Shown here piece by piece: positions 29,047-37,127 of a DNA stretch of 64,000 bases. The translations under genes and the position numbers were made by a program. The notes below the pieces were generated by a model. The model made no database searches, was not told the DNA's origin, and was given only the letters and a program-made list of their open reading frames with translations. Source of the DNA: Bradyrhizobium sp. (lineage in GTDB: Bacteria > Pseudomonadota > Alphaproteobacteria > Rhizobiales > Xanthobacteraceae); the NCBI RefSeq assembly GCF_036735945.1, contig NZ_DAINNI010000020.1, positions 4,705-68,704 on the forward strand, in the 5' to 3' direction. Each line of letters starts with the position of its first letter. The stretch's first letter is position 1.

Positions 29047-29127
29047 TGTTTCGTCGCAAGCCGGGCGACGAAACAATTCTCCCCCGCACGAAACCATTTT
29101 CCCCTTGTCGAGCAGACGTCCCGAAAC
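29047..29127. promoter_or_regulatory. GAAAC-box array upstream of the ECF sigma gene
   Basis: Inverted repeat TGTTTCGTCGC-N7-GCGACGAAACA (29047-29075) plus GAAAC at 29090 and 29123. Confidence 0.6.
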
Positions 29128-29188
29128 CGAGCCTGATTAACAATTCTCCCAACAAAACGCCGACCGGCGTGGGAATTGGGAGTCTGTC

Positions 29189-29800
29189 ATGTCGAACGTC
29201 ATTGCCATCAACGCCGCAGCCGAGCAGTCGATTGCCGCCGCCCAGGCGACATCGGACGAAATGTTGCTTGCGAGCATTGCCAAGGGCGACCGTACGGCCA
29301 TGCACGTGCTTTATTCCCGCCATAACGTCCGGGTTTACCGCTTCGTGCTGCGCATGGTGCGCGACACCACGATGGCGGAAGACCTGGTCAGCCAGGTGTT
29401 CCTGGACGTGTGGCGCACGGCCGCGCAGTTCGAGGGCCGCTCGCAGGTTTCGACCTGGCTGCTGTCGATCGCCCGCTTCAAGGCGCTGACCGCGCTGCGC
29501 CAGCGCAAGCATGAGGACATCGAGCAGGAAGACGTGCTCGAGATCGCCGACGAGGCCGACACCCCGGAAGCCTCGCTCGACCGCAACAACACCAGCGCGA
29601 TCCTGCGCGCCTGCGTCGCCAAGCTGTCGCCGGCGCATCGCGAGATCATCAACCTCGTCTACTACCACGAGAAATCGGTGGAAGAGGCCGGCGCGATCAT
29701 CGGGATCCCCCAGAGCACGGTGAAGACCCGGATGTTCTACGCCCGCAAGCAGTTGGCCGAATTGCTTAAGGGCGCCGGCGTGGACAGCCTCGCCGCATAA
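29189..29800 (+). CDS. ecfQ: ECF sigma factor, EcfQ-like, no adjacent anti-sigma
   Basis: Sigma2 'AEDLVSQVFLDVW...STWLLSIAR', sigma4 'REIINLVYY...IGIPQSTVKTRMFYAR'. The ecfQ symbol rests on my recall of the Bradyrhizobium gene with upstream GAAAC boxes and no anti-sigma partner. Confidence 0.8.
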   Translation: MSNVIAINAAAEQSIAAAQATSDEMLLASIAKGDRTAMHVLYSRHNVRVYRFVLRMVRDTTMAEDLVSQVFLDVWRTAAQFEGRSQVSTWLLSIARFKALTALRQRKHEDIEQEDVLEIADEADTPEASLDRNNTSAILRACVAKLSPAHREIINLVYYHEKSVEEAGAIIGIPQSTVKTRMFYARKQLAELLKGAGVDSLAA

Positions 29801-29930
29801 ATCACCGCGATTTCAGCTAATTGGAAGGGTATCGGGACTGAAAAACGGCTGGTTTCGACGAACAAGTATTACCGCCGGCGAAACAAATGAAACAATCGGC
29901 GACATCACCCGGAAATGCCCAGCCCCTATA

Positions 29931-30033
29931 CCTCCTTACGACAGCGAGACCCGTTGAACTTCTTCCAACCTCCCAAGCTCCATACCTCCAACGACCCGGC
30001 CGGGATGCCCCCCAGCCGGGTCGCTCTGCTTTT
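29931..30033 (+). ncRNA. Candidate small regulatory RNA (CCUCC-rich, hairpin-terminated)
   Basis: CCTCC at 29931, 29969 and 29985. 9-bp stem CGACCCGGC/GCCGGGTCG (29992-30023) with a C-rich loop, then CTCTGCTTTT. No convincing ORF. 5' end uncertain. Confidence 0.45.
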
Positions 30034-30177
30034 GGGCCCTCGGTTTCGTGCACGCGACATGGAAAAGACTCAAGGTCTGGCGGCGCAGCTCGATCGTGAT
30101 CCGCGAGCACAATCCTGCTTGATCCACATGCGTAGCCGCTTGACGTAACCATGCCGTCGTGATGCTTGCCGCCAGCG

Positions 30178-31146
30178 ATGGAAGCGGCGGCAAACGAGAA
30201 TGAAGTCAGACTGCGCAAGGGCACGTCGCTCAATGAGCGGCTGGTTCTCGCGGGCATTGCCGTCATCCTGTGCTTGATCGCCCTGCCCGGCCTCGCTCAC
30301 CTTGCAAACGACCAGTGGCTCGGCATCGCCGCGCTGTTTGCGTTGCTGTTCGGGTGTCTTCTGCTGGTCGCCGCGCTGTTCGATCGCAACATCGTCTGGA
30401 TCATCACGCCGGGCGAGATCCTGATCGGCGAACAGCGTCCGTTCGGGAAGGTGCAGCGGAGATCGATCAGCGATCGCGAAATATCCGGGATGCGCCTGCG
30501 CAAGAGCATCGGCAGATCGGTGGAGTTCACCCTCGTATTCGAAACCCGATCGAAAGACGCGCTGACCTCGCCTCCACTGCCTGATGTCACCCAGGTGCAA
30601 AGAACCACCCTGCAGGTTGCGCGGCTGCTTCGGTTGCCTGCTCCCGAATTGGTCGAGAACCCGCTCGACGCCGCCAATGCCAGGATACGGCTGGGCAAGC
30701 CGATCAGTTCCAAACGCATCGGGGCGTTCAGGGCGCTCATCGTGCTGCTGGCCTGCTCGCTGAGCCTTCCGTTCATCTATGCGCTCTGGAGCGGCAAATT
30801 GTCCGCGCTCGGGATCGCCGTCTGGTCGCTCGGCGCGATCGTGGCCTTCCTGCTGATCCGATATCTCTACCGAACCAGCGCCTTCTGGATTGTCCACGAC
30901 GGCGCCATCCAGTTTGAACGGCTGTCTTTGAAGGGCACGACCGAGACGGATAGATTCAGCGGCGACGAGGTCGAGCGCGTCGAGATCGCCAGCGGCGGCC
31001 GCAGGGGCAGCCATTACATCATCGCAATCCGGCTCCGCAACGGGAGGAAGGTCCGCAGTCCGGTGCTGGTCGGCAAGGAGCAGACCCGGGCCGTGCGTGC
31101 CGAGATCGTCCGGCGCCTCGGGCTGAATCCATCCGATATCGGATAG
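30178..31146 (+). CDS. Hypothetical membrane protein with a duplicated (TM hairpin + beta-rich domain) architecture
   Basis: Two TM pairs, each followed by W-I-x-x-x-G-x-I...R...E-I/V segments. Start uncertain (30166 TTG or 30178 ATG). Confidence 0.65.
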   Translation: MEAAANENEVRLRKGTSLNERLVLAGIAVILCLIALPGLAHLANDQWLGIAALFALLFGCLLLVAALFDRNIVWIITPGEILIGEQRPFGKVQRRSISDREISGMRLRKSIGRSVEFTLVFETRSKDALTSPPLPDVTQVQRTTLQVARLLRLPAPELVENPLDAANARIRLGKPISSKRIGAFRALIVLLACSLSLPFIYALWSGKLSALGIAVWSLGAIVAFLLIRYLYRTSAFWIVHDGAIQFERLSLKGTTETDRFSGDEVERVEIASGGRRGSHYIIAIRLRNGRKVRSPVLVGKEQTRAVRAEIVRRLGLNPSDIG

Positions 31147-31292
31147 GCCTGCACGCCTGTTCCGCGCAGCATGCAGGTATGATCGTTGCATCGGGCGTGG
31201 TAGTGTACACGCCTGTTCGGACGCAATTTTCGAAAACTGTAGTTCCGTTTTCGATCATGCCGCGCCCGGCGAAATTGCGACAGGTGGTGCCG

Positions 31293-32690
31293 ATGTTCGA
31301 GGGCTGGGATGCGGTCGTGTTGGCCCGGGCGCAGTTTGCTTTCACGATGTCGTTCCACATCATATTCCCCGCCTTCTCGATCGGGCTTGCGAGCTATCTC
31401 GCCGTGCTCGAGGCGCTGTGGCTGTGGACCGGCCGCGAAGTCTTCATCAACCTGTTCAACTACTGGCTCAAGATCTTCGCGGTCGCCTTCGGCATGGGCG
31501 TGGTGTCCGGTATCGTGATGTCCTACCAGTTCGGCACCAACTGGTCGGCGTTCTCCGACAAGGTCGGGCCGGTGATCGGCCCCTTGATGGCCTATGAGGT
31601 GCTGACAGCGTTCTTCCTCGAAGCCGGCTTCCTCGGCGTGATGCTGTTCGGGCTCAAGCGCGTCGGTCCAGGACTGCATTTCCTCGCAACGCTGATGGTG
31701 GCGATCGGCACGCTGATTTCGGCGTTCTGGATTCTCTCCGCCAATTCCTGGATGCAGACCCCGACCGGCCATGCGATCAACGCCGACGGGCAGTTCGTCG
31801 CCGCCGACTGGCTGAAGGTGATCTTCAATCCATCGTTCCCCTATCGCCTCGTCCATATGGTGCTGGCGGCATACCTGACCACCGCGCTGGTGGTCGGCGC
31901 GGTCGGCGCCTGGCATCTGCTGCGCGATCGCCATCTGGCGGGGGCGCGCGTGATGTTCTCGATGGCGATGTGGATGGCCACATTGGTGGCGCCGATCCAG
32001 ATCTTTGCGGGCGATCAGCACGGGCTCAATACGCTGGAACACCAGCCCGTGAAGATCATGGCGATGGAAGGCCACTTCACTAGCCACAAGGACGGCGCGC
32101 CGCTGATCCTGTTCGGCCTGCCTAACCAGCAAGCCGCCCGGGTCGACTACGCGGTCGAGGTGCCGAAGCTCGGGTCCGTCATTCTCAAGCACTCGCCCAA
32201 TGCGCCGATGGCTGGGCTCGACACGGTGCCGCGCGAAAACTGGCCGCCGGTCGCCATCACGTTCTGGTCGTTCCGCATCATGGTCGGCATGGGACTGTTG
32301 ATGCTGGCGCTCGGCCTGTTCAGCCTGCTGATGCGCGTGCGCGGCACCCTGTATGATTCCAGGCTGCTACACCTGTTCGCGGTCGCGATGGCGCCCGCCG
32401 GCTTCGTCGCCGTGCTGGCGGGCTGGATCACCACGGAGGTCGGACGACAGCCGTTCACGGTGTACGGACTGTTGCGGACGGTTGACTCGGCCTCGCCGCT
32501 GGCCGCGCCCGCGGTCGCCTCCTCGCTGATCGCCTTCATCATCGTCTATTTCATCGTGTTCGCGGCCGGCGTGACCTATCTGCTGCGCCTGATGGCGGCG
32601 CCGCCGCATCCCGGCGAGCAAGGACCGTCGAAAGAGGCGCCGATCCGCACTGCCGGCATCACGCCCGCTACCCAGGGGACCGGCTCATGA
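31293..32690 (+). CDS. cydA: Cytochrome bd/CIO-type ubiquinol oxidase subunit I
   Basis: 'LARAQFAFTMSFHIIFP', 'YQFGTNWS', 'AFFLEAGF', 'ANSWMQTP', 'QPVKIMAMEG', 'GWITTEVGRQP'; short Q-loop. Confidence 0.95.
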   Translation: MFEGWDAVVLARAQFAFTMSFHIIFPAFSIGLASYLAVLEALWLWTGREVFINLFNYWLKIFAVAFGMGVVSGIVMSYQFGTNWSAFSDKVGPVIGPLMAYEVLTAFFLEAGFLGVMLFGLKRVGPGLHFLATLMVAIGTLISAFWILSANSWMQTPTGHAINADGQFVAADWLKVIFNPSFPYRLVHMVLAAYLTTALVVGAVGAWHLLRDRHLAGARVMFSMAMWMATLVAPIQIFAGDQHGLNTLEHQPVKIMAMEGHFTSHKDGAPLILFGLPNQQAARVDYAVEVPKLGSVILKHSPNAPMAGLDTVPRENWPPVAITFWSFRIMVGMGLLMLALGLFSLLMRVRGTLYDSRLLHLFAVAMAPAGFVAVLAGWITTEVGRQPFTVYGLLRTVDSASPLAAPAVASSLIAFIIVYFIVFAAGVTYLLRLMAAPPHPGEQGPSKEAPIRTAGITPATQGTGS

Positions 32691-33697
32691 GCATCGCGGC
32701 AGACCTCGCCATCCTCTGGGCCTTCATCATCGCCTTTGCCGTGTTCGTCTATGTCGTGATGGACGGCTTCGACCTCGGCCTCGGCATCCTGTTTCCGCTG
32801 TTCCCCGAGAAACGTGACCGCGACATCATCATGAACAGCGTCGCGCCGGTCTGGGACGGCAACGAGACCTGGCTCGTGCTCGGCGGCGGCGGGCTGATGG
32901 CCGCGTTTCCGCTGGCCTATGCCGTGCTGATGCCGGCGCTCTACACGCCCATGATCGCCATGCTGCTCGGCCTGGTGTTTCGCGGCGTCGCCTTTGAATT
33001 CCGCTGGCGCACGACCAGGGAACGCAACAAGTGGGACGTCGCCTTTTTCGGCGGCTCGCTGGTTGCGACGCTGGCGCAAGGCATTGCGCTCGGCGCCATC
33101 CTGCAGGGCGTGCATGTCGAGGGACGCCAGTATGCCGGCGGCTGGTGGGACTGGCTGACGCCGTTCAGCATCCTGACCGGAATATCGCTGGTGATCGGCT
33201 ACGCGCTATTGGGTGCGACATGGCTCGTCATGAAGACGGAAGGTGAATTGCGCGACCGCGCCTATCATCTGAGCTGGATATTCCTGCTGGCGATGCTGGG
33301 CGCGATCGGCGCGGTCAGTCTCGCAACGCCATTCCTGAATGTGCAGTACACGCATCGCTGGTTCGCCTGGCCGAACATCCTGCTGACCGCGCCGGTGCCG
33401 GTCGCAGTGGCCGGCGTCACCGTGCTTTTGCTGCGCAGCCTCGCCAGGAAATATGACTATCAGCCGTTCTTCCTGACGCTGGCGCTGTTTGCGCTGTCCT
33501 ATGCCGGGCTCGGTATCAGCATGTTTCCCTATATCGTGCCGCAGAGCATCACGATCTGGCAGGCGGCGGCGCCGGAGAACAGCCAGATATTCATGCTGTT
33601 CGGCGTCGCCGTGCTGATCCCGCTGATCCTGATCTATACCGCCTGGGCCTATTGGGTATTTCGCGGCAAGGTCAACCCTGAGGGCGGCTACCATTGA
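32687..33697 (+). CDS. cydB: Cytochrome bd ubiquinol oxidase subunit II
   Basis: 'MDGFDLGLG', 'PVWDGNETWLVLGGG', 'RGVAFEFR', 'YWVFRGKV'. Confidence 0.95.
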   Translation: MSIAADLAILWAFIIAFAVFVYVVMDGFDLGLGILFPLFPEKRDRDIIMNSVAPVWDGNETWLVLGGGGLMAAFPLAYAVLMPALYTPMIAMLLGLVFRGVAFEFRWRTTRERNKWDVAFFGGSLVATLAQGIALGAILQGVHVEGRQYAGGWWDWLTPFSILTGISLVIGYALLGATWLVMKTEGELRDRAYHLSWIFLLAMLGAIGAVSLATPFLNVQYTHRWFAWPNILLTAPVPVAVAGVTVLLLRSLARKYDYQPFFLTLALFALSYAGLGISMFPYIVPQSITIWQAAAPENSQIFMLFGVAVLIPLILIYTAWAYWVFRGKVNPEGGYH

Positions 33698-33825
33698 CAG
33701 AGATCAAGCCGGGCCAGCGGCCGTTGAGCCACCGTTTGCTGTGGTTCGCAGCGCTTTGGCTCGGCGGCGTCGGTACGGTTGCGCTGCTCTCGTTCGTCCT
33801 CCGGCTGTGGATCGCGCCGAAATAA
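33694..33825 (+). CDS. Small single-TM protein (DUF2474-like) coupled to cydB
   Basis: TTG overlaps the cydB TGA. MTEIKPGQRPLSHRLLWFAALWLGGVGTVALLSFVLRLWIAPK (43 aa), below the ORF-track cutoff. Confidence 0.7.
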   Translation: MTEIKPGQRPLSHRLLWFAALWLGGVGTVALLSFVLRLWIAPK

Positions 33826-33980
33826 GGCGGCGGCTGATCCCATGAATATGGCGACTTACGAAAATTCAAGATATTTCAGTGGGATATAAGTCGCATTCGC
33901 CCTAAACTTGCCATCAAGCTGGGCCTGAGATTTGATGGTCCATATAATTTGGCCAACGCGGCCGCCAGGAGAATTCTGCG

Positions 33981-34580
33981 ATGAAAAAATTTCGACACCT
34001 GATCTGGATGGCGATCGCCGCAGGCGGCCTGATCCTTTCGACCTCGCAGGGCCAGGCGCAGATGCGCCAGCCCGATGTCGGCGACCAGCCGGGCCTGCTC
34101 CCCGATGAATCAGTCGAACTCGAGCCGCAATACAGGAAGACGGCGGTGCTCTATCGCACCAATGAGGCGCCGGGCACCATCATCGTCGTCACCGCCGAGC
34201 GCCATCTCTATCTGGTGCAGGGCAACGGGCGCGCGCTGCGCTACGGCATCGGCGTCGGCCGCGAAGGCTTCCAGTGGCAGGGGCTCGTCAACATCACGCG
34301 CAAGGCGGAATGGCCGGACTGGGTGCCGCCGCCGGAAATGATCGCACGCCAGCCCTATCTGCCGCGCTTCATGGCCGGCGGTCCCGGCAATCCGCTCGGC
34401 GCCCGCGCGATGTATCTCGGCACCACCGTCTACCGCATCCACGGCACCAACCGGCCCGACACGATCGGCACCGCCGTCTCCTCCGGCTGCTTCCGCCTGG
34501 TCAACGCCGACGTTGCTGACCTCTATGAGCGCGTGCCTGTCGGCACCAAGGTGATCATCCGGCAAAAGCCCGAACTTTAA
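33981..34580 (+). CDS. L,D-transpeptidase (ErfK/YbiS/YcfS/YnhG family)
   Basis: 'RYGIGVGR', 'NPLGARAMYL', 'YRIHGTN', 'VSSGCFRL'. Confidence 0.93.
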   Translation: MKKFRHLIWMAIAAGGLILSTSQGQAQMRQPDVGDQPGLLPDESVELEPQYRKTAVLYRTNEAPGTIIVVTAERHLYLVQGNGRALRYGIGVGREGFQWQGLVNITRKAEWPDWVPPPEMIARQPYLPRFMAGGPGNPLGARAMYLGTTVYRIHGTNRPDTIGTAVSSGCFRLVNADVADLYERVPVGTKVIIRQKPEL

Positions 34581-34633
34581 TCCCGCCGCTGTCTCTTCAG
34601 ATCTTCATTCCCTGGATATTGGTGAGTTAGAAA

Positions 34634-35674
34634 ATGCTACGGACATTTCGAGGCGGCCTGCTCATCGGGCTGGCGGTCGCGGTCGCGGTTGCGGCTGCCG
34701 CGATCACCTATGAGCGCTACGACACCAAGACGCTGAAGCGTACCATCCGCCGCGGCGAGGTGCTGTGCGGCGTCAACAAGGGCCTGCCCGGCTTCTCGAT
34801 GCCCGACGACAAGGGCGACTGGACCGGCTTCGACGTCGATTTCTGCCGCGCCGTGGCCGCCGCGATCTTCGACGATCCGAAGAAGGCGAAATTCATTCCG
34901 CTCGACGCCAGCGAGCGCTTCAAGGAATTGCAGAGCCGCAAGGTCGACATTCTCTCCCGCAATTCGACCTGGAGCATGTCGCGCGAGACCAACTACGATC
35001 TCTATTTCCCGGCGGTCGCCTATTATGACGGCCAGGGCTTCATGCTGCCGCGCTCGCGCAACATCGATTCCGCGCTCGACCTCAACAACAGCAAGGTCTG
35101 CGTGCAGGAGGGGACGACGACGGCGCTCAACCTTGCCGACCATTTCCGCGCCAACAACATGAAGTACACGGAAGTGAAGCTTCCCCGGCTGGAAGAAGTG
35201 CTCAAGGCCTATGAAGGCGGCAAGTGCGACACCTTCACCGCCGACGTCTCCCAGCTCTACGCGCTGCGCATGAACCTGATCCAGCCGAGCGACCACGTCA
35301 TCCTGCCCGACGTCATCTCCAAGGAGCCGCTTGCGCCCGTGGTGCGCCAGCGCGACGACGACTGGATGATGATCGTGAAGTGGACGCTCTATGCGATGAT
35401 CAATGCCGAGGAACTCGGCGTCAGCTCGAAGAACATCGATGAAGCGCTGAAGTCGAAGAAGCCCGACGTGATGCGCCTCGTCGGCACCGAAGGCACCTAC
35501 GGTGAGGATCTCGGCCTGCCGAAGGACTGGGCCGCCCGCATCATCCGCCATGTCGGCAATTACGGCGAGATCTACGAGCGCAATGTCGGCGAAGGATCGA
35601 AGCTGAAGATCCCGCGCGGGCTGAATTCGCTGTGGAGCAACGGCGGGATCCAGTACGCGCCGCCGATACGGTAA
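34634..35674 (+). CDS. General L-amino acid ABC substrate-binding protein (AapJ/BztA-like, orphan)
   Basis: 'LCGVNKGLPGFS', 'GFDVDFCRAVAAA', 'ISKEPLAPVVR', 'VGNYGEIYERN', 'GGIQYAPP'. Confidence 0.88.
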   Translation: MLRTFRGGLLIGLAVAVAVAAAAITYERYDTKTLKRTIRRGEVLCGVNKGLPGFSMPDDKGDWTGFDVDFCRAVAAAIFDDPKKAKFIPLDASERFKELQSRKVDILSRNSTWSMSRETNYDLYFPAVAYYDGQGFMLPRSRNIDSALDLNNSKVCVQEGTTTALNLADHFRANNMKYTEVKLPRLEEVLKAYEGGKCDTFTADVSQLYALRMNLIQPSDHVILPDVISKEPLAPVVRQRDDDWMMIVKWTLYAMINAEELGVSSKNIDEALKSKKPDVMRLVGTEGTYGEDLGLPKDWAARIIRHVGNYGEIYERNVGEGSKLKIPRGLNSLWSNGGIQYAPPIR

Positions 35675-35698
35675 GCAACGCAGTAGCCACACAAAGCT

Positions 35699-35799
35699 GT
35701 CGTCACCCGCGCAGGCGGGTGACCCAGTACGCCGCGGCCTCACCGCTTAAACACGAGCGTCTCTGGAATACTGGATCACCCGCCTTCGCGGGTGATGAC
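35699..35799. repeat. REP-like paired palindrome
   Basis: GTCGTCACCCGCGCAGGCGGGTGACCCAGTA ... TACTGGATCACCCGCCTTCGCGGGTGATGAC between convergent genes. Confidence 0.8.
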
Positions 35800-35841
35800 G
35801 TCCGCGTGTGAGGCGCGCTTCGTGCGCCCTCCGCGCTCGCC

Positions 35842-36993
35842 TCAATAACTCTTCATCCGCGCCAGTTGATCGGCGTGATAGTTGCTGTCGCCGAACAGCT
35901 CCTGGCACACCCGCGCGCGCTTCATGAAGAAGCCGATGTCGAACTGGTCGGTCATGCCCATGCCGCCATGCATCTGCACGCCTTCCTGCACCGCCCGCGT
36001 CGTCGTGGTGCCGGCTCGGGCCTTGGCGACTGCGACCGCAGCGCCGGCGCCATCGAGATCGGCATCGAGCGCCTGCAGCGCCTTCAGCACGGCCGCGCGG
36101 GTGATCTCGATGTCGACATAGAGCTCGGCGGCGCGGTGCTGCAGCGCCTGGAATTCGCCGATCAGCTTGCCGAACTGCTTGCGCTCCTTGATATAGCTGA
36201 CGGTGCGGCCGAACACCTCTTCACTCAGGCCGACCATTTCGGAGGCGACCGCGCCGCGGCCGACATTAAGGACGCCGTCGAGCAGTTTATAACCCTGGTC
36301 GACTTCGCCGAGCACCTGATCGGCATTGACCTCGACATGATCGAACTCGATGCGCGCGGCGTTATGCGCATCGACCATCACGGTACGTTCGACCGCGACG
36401 CCCTTTGCCTTGGCCTTGTCCTTGGGATCGACCAGGAACAGCGTCAGCCCGTTGCGTTCGCCGGGCGCGCCGCCGGTGCGTCCGGCGACGATCAGGAGAT
36501 CGGCGGTGTGGCCGTCGACCACCAGCGCCTTGGCGCCGCTCAGCTTGAAGCCGTTGCCGGCACGGACCGCCTGCAGGCTGGTTTGCAGCGGGCGATGCTT
36601 GGTGCCTTCATCGACCGCGAGCGCGGCCAGCAGCGATCCGTCCGCGATCTTCGGCAGATGCGCCGATTTCTGCGCGTCGCTGCCGCCGCGCAGAAGCGCC
36701 GATGCTGCGAGCACCGCGGTCGACAGGAACGGCGACGGCATCAGGGTGCGGCCGATTTCCTCCATCACCACGCCGGCCTCGACATAGCCGAGCCCGCTGC
36801 CGCCAAGATTCTCCGGCACCAGCAGGCCGGAAAAGCCCATCTCGGCAAAGGCCTTCCAGAGCTCACGGGAAAACCCCGTTTGGTCCTTGCTGTCGCGCAA
36901 GCTGCGCAGGTGCGACACCGGCGCCTTGTCGCTGATAAGGCCGCGCGCGCTGTCGCGCAGCATGGATTGTTCTTCGGTGAGGACGAGTGCCAT
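35842..36993 (-). CDS. Acyl-CoA dehydrogenase family protein
   Basis: 'LTEEQSMLRDSAR', 'ERKQFGKLIGEFQALQHR', 'QMHGGMGMT'. Confidence 0.92.
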   Translation of the reverse strand: MALVLTEEQSMLRDSARGLISDKAPVSHLRSLRDSKDQTGFSRELWKAFAEMGFSGLLVPENLGGSGLGYVEAGVVMEEIGRTLMPSPFLSTAVLAASALLRGGSDAQKSAHLPKIADGSLLAALAVDEGTKHRPLQTSLQAVRAGNGFKLSGAKALVVDGHTADLLIVAGRTGGAPGERNGLTLFLVDPKDKAKAKGVAVERTVMVDAHNAARIEFDHVEVNADQVLGEVDQGYKLLDGVLNVGRGAVASEMVGLSEEVFGRTVSYIKERKQFGKLIGEFQALQHRAAELYVDIEITRAAVLKALQALDADLDGAGAAVAVAKARAGTTTTRAVQEGVQMHGGMGMTDQFDIGFFMKRARVCQELFGDSNYHADQLARMKSY

Positions 36994-37034
36994 TGGATAA
37001 TTCCAGGTTCAAAAGTAACGCGTTATTTTTGAGG

Positions 37035-37116
37035 CGTCATTCCGGGGCGCGTCGCAGACGCGAACCCGGAATCTCGAGGTTCCGGGTTCGACGCTTCGCG
37101 CCGCCCCGGAACGACG
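37035..37116. repeat. REP-like paired palindrome
   Basis: CGTCATTCCGGGGCG...GAACCCGGAA ... TTCCGGGTTC...CGCCCCGGAACGACG. Confidence 0.8.
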
Positions 37117-37127
37117 GAAAGAGAATC

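Noticed and set aside
31150..31292. FNR/FixK or RegR box upstream of cydA
   Set aside because: No TTGAT-N4-ATCAA-like palindrome; only weak GC-rich resemblance to a RegR box.
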